A DNA stretch of 63,907 bases, the filler included, from Chiloscyllium plagiosum (lineage: Eukaryota), in NCBI RefSeq assembly GCF_004010195.1. It is 4 parts of one record of this genome, joined end to end, with 100 filler letters (N's around TTAATTAATTAA, not from the genome) between each part and the next. Parts side by side here need not be neighbours in the genome. Positions count along the whole stretch, not along the records: positions 36,164 to 50,112 come from NC_057711.1; positions 50,213 to 63,907 come from NC_057711.1; 2 more parts are not named here. The stretch is one strand, 5' to 3'. The position numbers and the translations under genes were made by a program. Positions 38,890 through 51,958 of this stretch are shown piece by piece; positions within the stretch are counted from its first letter, which is position 1, and each line of letters begins with the position of its first letter. The notes beneath the pieces were generated by a model. It worked only from the letters and a program-made list of their open reading frames with translations, ran no database searches and was not told where the DNA came from.

Positions 38890-41316
38890 TAGAACACCCA
38901 GGACCCCATGTGACTTCACCTTCTTCATCAGCCAACCGTGGGGAATCTTATCAAACAGTTTTCTAAAGTCCATGTAAATGACATCTACATCCCTTCCCTC
39001 ATCAATCAACTTTGTCACCTCTTCAAATAATTCTACTAGGTTTGTATGACTTGACCTTCCTGCACAAAGCCATGCTGCCTATCACTAATCAGCCCATTTT
39101 CTTCCAAACTATCTTCTCCAGTAGCTTCCCTACCACTAATGTCAGGCTCACAGGTCTGTAATTACCTGGATTATCCATGCTACTCTTCTTAAACAAGAGG
39201 AAAATATTAGCAATTCTCCAGTCCTCTGGGACCTCCCCCATTTTCAAGGATGCTGCAAAGATATCTGTTAAAGCCCCAATTATTTCCTCTCTCACTTCCC
39301 ATAGTAACCTGGGATAGATCCTATCCGATCCTGGGGACTTGTCCACCTTAATTCCTTTTAGAATACACAATACGTCCTCCTTCATTATCCCATAGTAACC
39401 TGGGATAGATCCCATCCGATCCTGGGGACTTGTCCACCTTAATTCCTTTTAGAATACACAATACGTCCTCCTTCATTATGCTGACTTAACCTAGAGTAAT
39501 CAATGATCTATCCCTAACCTCAACATCCGCCATGTCCCTCTCCTCAGTGAATACTGATGCAAAGTACTCATTAAGAATCTCACCCATTTTCTCTGACTCC
39601 ATTCATATCTTTCCTACTTTGTCCTTGAGTGGGCCAATCATCTCCCATCTTTTGCTCCTTACATATGAATAAAAGGCTTTGGGGTTTTCCTTAACACTGC
39701 ACGTTAAAATTATCTCATGACCTCTTTTAGCCCTCTTAATTCCTCATTTCAGATTGGGCCTACATTCCTGATATTCTTCCAAAGCTTCGTCTGACTTTAG
39801 TCACTTAGACCTTATGTACGCATCCTTTTTCCTCTTAGCTCGTCTCACATGATTCATGATTCCCTAATCATCCATGATTCCCTAATCTTGCCATTTCTAT
39901 TCCTAATTTTCACAGGAACATATCTCTCCTGAACTCTAATTAACCTCTCTTTAAAAGTCTCCCATATATCAAATAAGGATTTACCTTCAAACAGCTGCTC
40001 CCAATCTATGTTCCCCAGTTCCTGCTGAACTTTGGTATAGTTGGTTTTCCCCAATTTAGTACTCTTCCTTTAAGACCACTCTCATCTTTGTCCATAAGTA
40101 TCATAAAACTTGTGGAACTGTGATCATTATTCCCAAATTAATCCCCCACTGAAACTTCAACCACCTGGTTGGGCTCATTTCCTCGCACCAGGTTCAATAT
40201 GACTCTATCATGAGTTGGACTACTTACATGCTGCTCTACAAAATCCTTGTGGATGCTCCTTGCAAATTCTGCTCCATCCAATCCTCTAACACGATGTGAA
40301 TCCCTGTCAATGTTGGGAAAATTAAGATCTCCTATCACCACCGCCCTGTTGCTCCTACATCTTTCCATAATCTGTTTACATATTTGTACCTCTATCTCAC
40401 GTTCGCTGTTGGGAGGCCTGTATTACAGCCCCAACATAGTTACTGCACCTTTGCTATTTCTGAGCTCTGCCCATATTGTCTCACTGCTTGAGTCCTCCAT
40501 AGTGCCCTCCTTCAGCACAGCTGTGATATTTTCTTTGACCAGTAATGCAACTCCGCCACCACTTTTAGCTCCTTCTCTATCCCACCTGAAACATTGATAT
40601 CCTGGGACATTTAGTTGCCAATCGTGCCCTTCACTCAACCAAGTTTCAGTAATAGCAATAACATCATACTCCAAGGCACTAATCTAAGCCCGAAGTTCAT
40701 TTGCCTTACCTACAATACGTATTGCAGTAAAACAAATGCACTCAAACAACCTGTCCCTTTGCCTTTGTCTGTCACGCTGAATTCATTATCTAGTTCCTTG
40801 CAGGCTTTAGTTACTACTTCCTTCCTGTCCACTAACCTTCTCATTTGGCTCCCATCCCCCTGCCACATTAATTTAAACTATCCCCAACAGCATTTGCAAA
40901 AGCACTTCCAAGGACATTGGTTCCAGTCCGGCCCAGGTGTAGACCATCCAATTTGTAATAGTCTCAACTAACCCAGAACAGGTCCCAATATCCCAAAAAT
41001 CTGAACTCCCTCCTGCACCATCTCTCAAGCCATGCATTCGTCCTGAATATTCTATCATTCTTAATCTGACTTGCACGTAGCACTGGTAGCAATCCTGAGA
41101 TTACTACCTCTGAGGTCCTACTTTTTAAACTTGGTTCCTAACACCTTAATTTCTTCATGTAGGACCTCATCCCATTTTTTACCTGTATCATTGATGCCTA
41201 CAGGCATCATGACAACTGGCTGTTCATCCTTCCCCTTGAGAATTTTCTGCAGTTGATCCGAGACATCCCTGACCTGTGTACCTGGGAGGCAACACACCAT
41301 TCAGGAGTCTCGGGTT

Positions 41317-41626
41317 TTTTTAAGATAGATTACTTACAGTGTGGAAACAGGCCCTTCAGCCCAACAAGTCCACACTGACCCTCCGAAGAGCAACCCTTCA
41401 TTTGCCCTACATTTACCCCTCCACCTACGGGCAATTTAGCATGTCCAATTCACCTAACCTGCACATTTTTGGACCGTGGGAGGAAACCAGAGCACCCGGA
41501 GGAAACCCACACAGATACGGGGAGAATGTGCAAACTCCACACAGACAGTTGCCTGAGGCAGGAATTGAACCCGGGTCTCTGGTGCTGCGAGGCTGTAGTG
41601 CTAACCACTGTGCCACCGTGCTGCCC
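41317..41626 (-). mobile_element. HE1 SINE in CR1 ORF1
   Basis: Full HE1 on the minus strand. Confidence 0.93.
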
Positions 41627-42871
41627 GTTTTCAACCACAGAAACACCTACCTACTCCCCTTACAATAGAATCCACTATGAATATAGCCCTTCCACTCTTT
41701 TTCCCACCCTTCTGAACAGCAGAGCCAGCCACAGCCATGAACTTGGTTACAGGTGCTTTCCCCTGGTGAGCCATCTCCCCCAACACCTGCACTGCCTTGC
41801 TGCTCTTTCTCTGCCTTTTGTTCACCCATTCCCTTTCTCCCTCTGCAATCCTGACCTGCGGCGTGACCAAGTCAATAAATGAGCTATCCACAATCCCCTC
41901 AGCATCGCATATACTCCAAAGTGAGTCCATCTGCAGCTCCAGAGCCATCATGCAGTCTAACAAGAGCTGCAACACGTGTCCCTAAGTCCCACATAGAGCA
42001 ATTGGAGCACAACACAGGTCTGAGATCTCCTGCCATTTTTAATCTTAAGTTTTACCTAAGTTTAGACTGTAGTTACGAAAAAGGAAAGAAAAGTTTTTTT
42101 TTCAACTTACCTTAACTTATCAAAATCCTAACTTAACAACACACCACAGAGTCCTTTTTTTTTGGTTTGAGGAGGAGGGTGGGTGGGAGACACTACATGG
42201 GTGGTGTCTCGGGTTCAGCCGCTACCCAAATATATCATCTTTTTAAACAGTTTGTTTACCTTCCTGGCAGCCCCTGGTCCTCGTTCTCTCCACCCTCGCT
42301 GCAATTAAAATGGAGAGATGATCTGTTTTCAGATAGGTTATTCAGAATTCTGTTCTCTTTTGTTTGTATTTCATTTGGTAATCTTGTAAATAAATTCTGT
42401 TTTGTGGTCGACCAACTGCATCCCTCTTGGAATATCCACACTACACCTGCTTAAAACAATTGGCAAAGTTAGGGTCTGGTCAACTTTCGTGAAATAGTTT
42501 GAGAGAGTGTGGCCTGATCATAACAGAGTGGGGGCTCTTTGCAAGATTTGTTCGAGATTCCTTTTTGGGATTAGGGTTGTTGGACTCGAAGGCAGTGAAT
42601 GGTAGGTGTTAGTGATTTTCCTTCCAGGTGTTGAATTCAGTTGGTTTAAACAATACTTAGGATAGCAATGGCTCTTTCAGTCACTAAGAGTTTTCTTGGT
42701 GTGGAAGAAGTGACTTTGGGAGTTTTGCAAAAGGTGATTAAGGACAAGCTGCTAGAATTAGCAGACAAGCTGGGGTTGGAGTTGTCTCCTTCTGTGAAGA
42801 AAGGAGAGATAAGTACAGCAATACCTCAGCATTTAAATTTGCTGTAAACACCACCAGTATCTTTAGAGATA

Positions 42872-43562
42872 GCTGGTGCCCTGGGGTTGAAGTGTTCCGA
42901 GGCGGAAGATGAGGCGTTCTTCCTTCAGGCATATGGTGGTGAGGGAGCAGTGGTGAAGTAGGTCCAGGACCTCCATGTCCTCGGCAGAGTGGGAGTGGGA
43001 GTTGAAATGTTAGGCCACAAGGCGGTGAGGTTGATTGGTACGGGTGTCCCAGAGATGTTCCCTAAAGCGCTCTGCTGGGAGGCGTCCAGTCTCCCCAATG
43101 TAGAGGAGACCGCATCGGGAGCAACGGATACAATAAATGATATTGGTGGATGTGCAAGGAAAACTTTGATGGCTGTGGAAGGCTCTTTTCGGGCCTTGGA
43201 TGGAGGTGAGGGAGGAGGTGTGAGCGCAGGTTTTGCAATTCCTGCGGTGGCAGGGGAAGGTGCCAGGATGGGAGGGTGGGTTGCTGGGGGAGCGTGGACC
43301 TGACCAGGTAGTCACAGAGGGAACTGTCTTTGCGGAAGGCGGAAAGGGGTGGGGAGGGAAATATATCACTGGTGGTTGGGTCTGTTTGGAGGTGGCGGAA
43401 ATGTCGGCGGATGATTTGGTTTATGTGAAGGTTGGTAGGGTGGAATGTGAGCACCAGGGGCATTCTGTCCTTGTTACAGTTGAAGGGGTGGGGTCTGAGG
43501 GCGGAGGTGCGTGATGTGGATGAGATGCATTGGAGGGCATCTTTAACCACGTGGGAAGGGAA
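42872..43562 (-). mobile_element. Penelope-like element (Neptune-type): RT thumb, Cys linker, GIY-YIG endonuclease
   Basis: PLVLTFHP; GTFPCHRRNCKTC; NIIYCIRCSRCGLLYIGETGR...RFREHL. Confidence 0.9.
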
Positions 43563-43569
43563 ATTGGAT

Positions 43570-43895
43570 AATCATAGGGTTAGATAGGGTGGACAGGGAG
43601 AGCCTTTTTCCAAATATGGGGACAGCAAACACGAGGGGACACAACTTTAAAGTGAGGGGAGATAGGTATAAGACAGATGTCAGAGGTAGTTTCTTTACTC
43701 AGAGAGTAGTAAGGGTATGGAATGCTTTGCCTGCAGCGGTTTGCCAAGTTTAAGTGCATTTAAGTCATCATTGGACAGGCAAATGGACGTACATGTAATA
43801 GTATAGGTGGGATGGGCTTCAGATTAGTATGACAGGGCGGCGCAACATTGAGGGCCGAAGGGCCTGTGCTGCGTTGTAATGTTCTATATGTTCTA
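43570..43895 (+). mobile_element. CR1 3' end
   Basis: gtcagaggtagtttctttactcagagagtagt motif and ttctat tail. Confidence 0.85.
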
Positions 43896-44935
43896 TACGA
43901 TTATGAATTGGTTGATAAATCAAAGTTTGGCTTCCAAAATTAATTTCAGTCTGTGAAGAATAGAAATTGGGGAAAAGAAAGAACCTCACATGGAAAGGGA
44001 AAGGTATATCTTGGTGAAGATCATAAGGATAACTTACCACAGAGCAAAAAGAAAACCCTTGAAGGGGACAGGGAAGTTAAAAAGCTCTGGTGTTTTCACT
44101 GCAATAAAGTAGGCCACATGAAATTACACCATTGGTGCGTTAGGAAAAGCACTAGGAAGCCAGATGGAGCAAAACGGGATAAGTCAATGAATTTTGTTGG
44201 AGGGTAACAGAAAGCACAGTGGATGCTAGAAAGCTGCACCAGAATGTACAAGCTGGTCAGAGATTGGTTAAGGAGAAAATGCCAGCTTTTCTTAAACTAT
44301 ATACTTGCCAAGGTAAAGTAAACGTACCGGCATTGACCAGGAACAAAGGGTAAGGAGATTATGATCTTAAGAGACACTCTCAATCTGTGATGCTGAAAGA
44401 TAAGGAGATATGTACTTCTGAAGAACTATTGCCAGAAAAGGTACTAGTAATGGGAATTCATGGTGAGACAAGAAGCACTCAATTATGTAAAATGAAGTTA
44501 GAGTATCTCGTGAAGTGTGGCGAAGTCATGGTTGGTGGATTGGATAAACTCTCAGATCCAGGAATACAATTTGACCTTGCTAATGATATAGCAGATTCAC
44601 CAGTAGGAATGCTGCCTACTGTGTTGAAAAGCCAGTGGAAATTCAGGCAACTGAACTAATGCGGGATCCATATCCTGGGATTTTTCTTGATTGTGTAGTA
44701 ATGAGGTCACAAAGTCATCAGTTGAAGCAAGAGAGCTTAAAGAGTACAGATAAGAAAGTTGAAGTGGAATTAACAGAGACCCTGTTTGATCAGATGGTTG
44801 AGAAAAACCAGGAGCAGATCGGCGACAATGCAGACATTTTTAGCTCAGATAAATTAACAGAGTTACAGCAGAGGATGAAAATTTAAATCAATTTAATCAA
44901 AGGGCATACACAGAAACAGAGTCCAGATGTATCCC

Positions 44936-46575
44936 TGTGGGAAAAAAAAGATCTGCCACTCCACCCACCCACAGCATGGCCACATAAAACCACAGAAGCT
45001 GGCCTGTGAATTACAGAAATCAAGTCTGCCAACACATATAGAACACACCCACAATGTCCCAGTCTTGGTCAAACAGGCTAACAAAGAAACCAGACATGGC
45101 CAAGCTATTCCCAGACCAGAGAATAGACTTCCAAACAACTTTCACAGTAAAGCTCCTAGCCCTGATGAACACTGCGGTCCCAATACCCAAAAAGCAGGCT
45201 CAATTCCCATTGAAACCAATAAACAAACAGGCAAATCTAGAGACCCTGGAAGACGTCACTCACAGGAGGAAAGCAATGTACACACCCGAATGCCAGGAGA
45301 AAGGACATTTACACATATTCGTGCAGATGGGAAATACAATGAAGAATCCTCTAGAAAACATTCTCACTCATTCACTGAGACGGTTGGAATCTCCTGAGTC
45401 AATTACAAATGAGTTGCTACTGCTGGACACTTGATTAACTTCCATCCAGTTTATTCTTGTTTTTATCACTTTACAATTCTCACCATTGTACTGTAACTGC
45501 TTTACAATTATGACCTTTGTGTTGTACCCCTATAAAGCATGCCTGCATCTTCAGTTCTGGGAAGAGCATTCTGGCCATCTGTGCAGAGAATCAGTTCTGT
45601 GTCAGCCTGGTCAATTTCTCTTCCATGATATTATTTTGTTTCATAAACTGCCTGTCAATTTCACTGTGATTCGCATTTGTGTTCACTGAATCATTGGTCG
45701 GAATTTCTCCGACGGTGCGGCATAGTTAGCAGGATTCAAACCTGTGCGGGGAAGCATTCTGGCAAAGAGTAACACAGTCAACATCTGCACAGATCACAGA
45801 TATGTCTTTGGAGTCATTCACGACTTTGGCACAATACGGAAGCAGAGAGGGTCCATCACCTCGCAGGAAGACCACTCCAATATGCTGCACTCATCGCCAA
45901 CCTCCTAGAAGCAGTCCTGCTAACCTCCACTGTAACAATTATAAAATGTACCACCCAGGGCTCTGCCACTGATCCCATTAGCCAAGGAAATGACTCAGCT
46001 GATGCAGCAGCCCGGGAAGCTGCACTACACCCGGTCACTAATGTCATGCATATCCCTCCAGTGTGACAAAACCTCCGGAGTCCCCTGACCCTCTCAATGT
46101 AGTCCGAGCAGCTCAGCAAGCTGCCCCATCAGAACAGAGGACGTCTTGGGGCCATACAGTCACCCTCCCTACAGGCGCTTATCCACCCTGATGGTTGTAT
46201 CATCTGCCCAAAAGCCCATCTGCACTTACTGGTCCTGGTGGCACACGGAATCAGACACACAGGCAAGAGAGGCATGATACATGTTGTCAGCCGTTCCTGG
46301 TGTGCAGCGGGATTCACTGAGTTGCCCAAGCCCTGCCGTCACAGTGCCTCCACAGTGTCTACAGAACAACGCAAGGAAGCCTGTGGCCAAATACGACCAC
46401 GTACCAGTTCCTGAGGGGCCCATTCACCCACCTCCAGACTGATTTTGCCCACATGACTCAGAAACAGGTATACAAATATGTCCTAGTTATTGTAGACATG
46501 TTTTAAAATGGGTTGAGGCATTTCCCACCAAAAGGATAACGCCCAAACATGGTAAAGTGTTTTTGAAGGAAATCG
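44936..46575 (+). mobile_element. pol: ERV-B 5' half: 5' LTR (44936-45714), extended tRNA-Ser PBS (45718-45753), RNase H and integrase remnant
   Basis: VNICTDHRYVFGVIHDFGTI (RNase H); GNDSADAAAREAA; H..HTGK zinc-finger region; LQTDF...YKYVLVIVDMF.KWVEAFPT. Confidence 0.9.
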
Positions 46576-46889
46576 GGTCACCTGGAGGAAACCCACGCAG
46601 ACAATGTGCAAACTCCACACAGATTGTTGTCCGAGATGAGAATTGAACCCAGTGCTAACCACTGAGCCACTGTGCCACCTGTAGTAATGTATTTCTTATG
46701 CTTTCTGTGAGGAAATGAATTTCTCCTTCATCTCTGTCCTAAATGACCTACCCCATATCCTTATCCAGTGACCCCTTGGTTCTTGACTCCTGTCATCGGG
46801 AACATCTTTCTTGCATTTACTGTGTCTAGTCTTTGCTAAAATTTCATATGTTTTCCTGAGATCCCTCATACTTACCTTTCATAATCACG

Positions 46890-47172
46890 GGCGGCACGGT
46901 GGCACAGTGGTTAGCACTGCTGCCTCACAGTGCCTGAGACCTGGGTTCAATTCCTGCCTCAGGCAACTGACTGTGTCTGCGTGGGTTTCCTCCAGGTGCT
47001 CCGGTTTCCTCCCACTGTCCAAAGATGTGCAGGTCAGGTGAATTGGCCATGCTAAATTGCCTGTAGTGTTAGGTAAGGGGTAAATGTAGGGGTATGGGTG
47101 GGTTGCACTTCGGTGGATCGGTGTGGACTTGTTGGGCCGAAGGGCATGTTTTCACACTCTAATCTAATCTAA
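46890..47172 (+). mobile_element. HE1 SINE
   Basis: Head, core and aatct tail. Confidence 0.92.
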
Positions 47173-48299
47173 TCTTAATCACAAGTTTCACTTTCCCATA
47201 CTAAGCAAAGAGGCTTTGATCTCATGACGCTTCATGTGTTCATCCAAATACTTTATAAAGCCTGTGAGGCTTCCTGCATCTAGTAAAGTCGCAGGTAATA
47301 CATTCCAGAATCCCACCACCCTCTGAGTGAAAGCATTTTGCCTGCAACTCCCTCTGAACCTCCTACCTTTCATATTAAAGTTATGCCATTTTGCTATTGT
47401 GAAGTTTGTAATTCACTGGGAACCAGAAATTCCACATTATGGAGACACAGGTAAAATTCTGGACAGGAACACTTCATTGATGATGCTCACAACTCCACAA
47501 CTGTCTCCTTACTGAGCCCCTGGCACCACACCCTGCAGCATCTGAGCAGCAGGAGAATCGATGTTTCAGGCATGAGCCCTTCTTCAGGAAGGTGGGCTGA
47601 GAGATAAATCGGGGAGTGGGGCTGGGGTCACTCAGCTGGGAAGATGATTGGTAGATGCAGGTGGGGGGTGATGGTGGTCGCTCAGTGGGGAGGGTATAGC
47701 GAATAGGTGAGAAAGAGGATGGACAGGGAGGACAGTTCAAGAGGGCGGTGCTGAGTTGGAGAGATGGATCTGGGATGATGCCTGAAACATCGATTATCCT
47801 GCACCTCAGATACTGCCTGACCTGCTGTGCTTTTTCAGCGCCACACTTTTCGACTCTGACCTCCAGTTTCTGCAGTCCTCACTTTGTCTTTGTATTTAGT
47901 ATCCGACAATCATGGTTTAGAAACAGATCTGAGACAGTGTGGAATGAACGACAGACTGGAACACCACAGAGGGCTTCGGGTGGTTTGTAAACATCCTGAG
48001 GTGAGACTGTGGGGGGTTGTTGCTGTTGGTTGAAGAGAGGGTTTGGTGCCTGAGAGTTTTCTGAACTCTCCATTGTTCCAGGAGACCCAGAGTTATCTGA
48101 AGAGCAGGACTCAGGGCCCTCCCTGCAGAATCTTTTCTATTTCCCATCACTTTCTACTCTATTACCCAGCCAGCCTTCAGCAACCTGGCTCATTCATCAG
48201 TTGTAGCAGAGGGATGGGGTACACAGTGGAAGTATTACAGGGGCTGGAGGTGATACACAGAGACTTGAAGAAGGAGAACTGAAGTAAAAAAAAAAATCG

Positions 48300-49045
48300 G
48301 CCAGAATCCCAGAGAACTGCTGTCTCATTAGAGAGTTGACTGATGGTGATTTAACCTGAGGGTCACTCTGCCTCAGAAAAGGGGCAAGGTTGAGAAGGTG
48401 GGACCTTCAGGATCCCCTCAGACAGTATGGGAATTAAACCCACATTGTTAGCACCACTCTACACTGCAAACCAACTGGCCAGCCAACTGGGCTAACTTAC
48501 CTGAAAAGGCAAACCATGTCCAGAAAGCAGTGTGAACATCATCAAGTGAGGGCATAAGGGAGCATGGCATAGCATTTACTTGTGAGTACGGCAGATGAGC
48601 TGAGGGTGTAGATTAATGAGTGGGGATGTGATATTATGATCGCAGAGACATGGTTGAGAGTGGGGCAGGATTGGCAGCACCATGTTCCAGGGTATAGAAC
48701 CGTCAGATGAGACATGTAGAGGTGGGGAGGGATGTAAAAGGGGAGATGGTGTTACAACATTGACCAATGAGTCAATTGCTACAAAAAGAGGGATGATGTA
48801 GAGTTATAAGGTCATAGAGCTAGGAGTTGGTTTAGCTCAGTTGGCTGCATTGTTGGTTTACAAAACAGTGTGATGTGAACTGCATGGGTTTAATTCCCAT
48901 CACTGGTTTGAGGTTACCATGAAGGACTCTCCTTCTCAATCTTTTCCCTTGCCTAAGGTCTGGTGGCCATCAGGTTAAACCACCACCAGCTGCTTCTCTC
49001 TAATGAGAAAGCAGCCCCTCTGATCTGGTAAGATTATGGTGACAC
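48300..49045. mobile_element. Two copies of a second tRNA-derived SINE family, head-to-head (48300-48497 -, 48825-49045 +)
   Basis: tagctcagttgg A box, gggtttaattccc B-box-like motif, shared caggttaaa(c/t)cacca...ctaatgaga body. Confidence 0.7.
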
Positions 49046-50112
49046 AACAACATACAGCATGGAAACAGACTATTTGGTCCAATCAGTCCACACAGACCAG
49101 TTTCTCAAACTAAACCCATTCGACTTGCATACATTTGGCCCAAATCTTTCCTATTTATGCAGATATCCAAATGTCTTTTAAATGTTGTAACTGTATATAT
49201 GTCCACCATTTCCTCTGGCAGTTCGTTCCACACAAGTACCACCCTGTGTGTGAAAACGTTTATCCTGTGTACTTTTAAACCTTTCTTCGCTCACCTTAAA
49301 AAAATGCTCCCTAGATTTGAACTCCCATACCCTAGGGAAAAAACTCACGATTCTATTATGTGTGCCCCTTATGGTCTTATAAACCTCTATAAGGGCACCC
49401 TTCAACCTCCTGTGCTCCAGTGAAAAAAGACCCAATGTTTATGACTCAAATGCTCCATGCCAAACACAATCCAACCGGACAGCCAGGTCTATACACAGTA
49501 CTCCAGAAGAGAAGTTACCAAAATCCTGGACAACCTCAACAGACGTCCCAACTCGTACACTCAAAGATCTGAGCAATGAGAGCAAGCATGCTCAATGTCT
49601 TCTTAACCACTGTCTACCTGTGATGCAGATTCAGGGCATTATGTACCAACTTGATTAGAAATGGGAAAAAAGGAAGCTTATGGGAGTTACTGAGTTACTG
49701 AGCTCTGAAAACCTCAAAGCCTCAAAGGTGTACAGGAGTTACTTCATGAAGAAACTAGGAGAGTAAAGTTTGGTCAGGGAAAGAAACTGTTGAATAATGA
49801 TAAAGAGAGTCCAAGGGATTGTAATGTATGTTAGGGGCAAGAGAATAACTAGAGAAAGCATAGGTTCTATTAGGAACCAAAATTACAATCAGTGTGTGGA
49901 GCTGCAAGTCTTAGGTCAAGTTGCAAATGAGTTTCTCACATTAGACAGAAGTGAGAGAGAAGTGCAGCGTTGGTATGGAAATCAGGGACACAGACCACGC
50001 CAAATGTGAACAAAGTATCATATAGATGGAAGTGGCAATGGAGATCTTAACAGACTTGAAAGTGGCTAATTCCCCAGGCCCACATGGTATCCCAGGTGGA
50101 GAATGCAAGGGC
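49045..50112. mobile_element. CR1 fragments (- then +)
   Basis: GLFSLEHRRLKGALIEVYK on minus; degenerate ORF2 linker on plus. Confidence 0.75.
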
Positions 50113-50629
50113 NNNNNNNNNNNNNNNNNNNNNNNNNNNNNNNNNNNNNNNNNNNNTTAATTAATTAANNNNNNNNNNNNNNNNNNNNNNNNNNNNNNNN
50201 NNNNNNNNNNNNGGATTCTCTCTGTCCCTCCATGAAACACTTTGACATAAACTAACACAGTGACCCTTTCCAGCCCTCCTCCTTGGTGTGTTGAAACAGA
50301 TTCAGATTTATTTTCAGCACTGATGGTCTGGAGATTTCTTTCTAACTCTCAACTGGAGACTTTTATAAAATTAAGAAAGAAACGCCTTCTCCTGCCATGA
50401 CTTCTATTGGTCTGAACTCAAACCGCTAGTGACACTTAATTCTGATCTTAAAACTCAACTTTGAAAATATTCAGTAATTAACTCCTGAGGTATTTTCATT
50501 GGCTCTTACCAGCCAGCTGAGAGCCAGTTCCGAGAATGAATAGACTCTTTGAATCTCCTGTTTATATCTGTCCCCCAGTGCCCCCTGGCCCAGGTAACAA
50601 CCCAATCAAGGACCTTCTGAAAGGTTAGC

Positions 50630-50939
50630 TTGGTTAGCACTGCTGCTTCATAGTGCCAGGGAACTAGATATAATTCCCACCTGAGGCAACTGTCTGTGTG
50701 GATTTTGCACATTCTCCCCATGTCTGCTTGGGTTTCCTTCCAGTGCTCCGGTTTCCTCCCACAGTCCAAAGATGTGCAGGTTAGGTGAATTGGCCAGGCT
50801 AAATTGCCTGTAGTGTTCGGTGCATTAGTCAGAGGTAAATGTAGGGGAATGGGTCTGGGTGGGTTGCTCTTCGGAGGGTCAGTGCAGACTTGTTGGGCCG
50901 AAGGGCCTGTTTCCACACTGTAGGGAATCTAATCTAATC
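50630..50939 (+). mobile_element. HE1 SINE
   Basis: Core and aatct tail. Confidence 0.9.
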
Positions 50940-51329
50940 AATGAGATCCACCGGGCCCACATTTCAATCACTCCAGCAAGTTTTGTCAAAATTTGAAAAG
51001 AAGGAAATGGAAGCAATTTTCATGGTGTTTGAGAAGATAACAGATATAAGGTGGGCAAAAGCAGAACTCACCTTGCCCGAGCGAAATACATTAACTGGTA
51101 AAGTAGAAGAGATTTCTACATCCCTGTCACAGGAGCAGTGCAGGGTTTACGATGAGCTGTTCAATGTGGATAGGAGTTGGTCCTGGAAACATCCAGTTGG
51201 AGGTTTTGGAACTTATGGAAACAGCCTGGACAAACATAGACTGAGCTTCGGAGATTTAAGATAATGTCAATTCATGGATAAGAGCATTTAAGCCTGTCAA
51301 TACTTACAATGTTACAAAGAGAAATTATT

Positions 51330-51958
51330 CATAGAATCCCTACAGTGTGGAAACAGGCCTTTAGACCCAACATGTCCACACTGAACCTCCCGAAGAGTAT
51401 CCCACACAGACCCATTCCCTTACTACTTAACATTTCCCCTGACTAACCTACACATCCCAGAACACTATGGGCAATTTAGTCTGGCCAATTCACCTAACCT
51501 GCACATCTTTAGACTGTGGGAGAAAACCAGAGAACCCAGAGAAAACCCACACAGACTCAGGGAGAATGTGCAAAGGGTGGCACGGTGGCTCAGTGGTTAG
51601 CACTGCTGCCTCACAGCACCAGGGTCCCAGGTTCAATTCCAGCCTTGGGTGACCATCTGTGTGCAGTTTGCACATTCTCCCTGTGTCTGCGTGGGTTTCC
51701 TCCCACAGTCCAAAGATGTGCAGGTCAGGTGGATTGGCCATGCTAAATTGCCCATAGTGTTAGGTGCATTAGTCAGAGAGAAATGGGTCTGGGTGGGTTA
51801 CTCTTCGGAGGGTCGGTGTGGACTTGTTGGGCCGTAGGGCCTGTTTCCACACTGTAGGGAATCTAATCTAAATCCACACAGACGCTTACATGAGGCTGGA
51901 ATCAAACCCGGGTCCCTGGCGCTGGGAAGCAGTAGCACTAACCATTGGGTCACCGGGC
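51330..51958. mobile_element. HE1 SINE (+, 51575-51871) nested in an opposite-strand HE1
   Basis: Outer copy split at gggagaatgtgcaaa|...|atccacacagac. Confidence 0.9.

Larger units (their letters stand above)
37075..42300 (-). mobile_element. Near full-length CR1 LINE (5' UTR, ORF1 with esterase domain, ORF2 EN-RT, tail), decayed
   Basis: ORF1 LELQMDSLWSI and VCCLPG...VGINDTG; EN DVIAITETWL, GGGVALLV, GDLNFPNID; RT motifs; tail at ~37075. Confidence 0.93.
36700..44935 (+). mobile_element. Gmr1-type Gypsy element, 5' half: 5' LTR (36700-37070 + 42305-42525), tRNA-Pro-like PBS, gag with CCHC, protease
   Basis: TGTGATG...CATAACA LTR; tgggggctc at 42529; gag start MALSVTKSFLGV...KDKLLELADKLGL at 42668; CFHCNKVGH; ILRDT. 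Confidence 0.88.
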
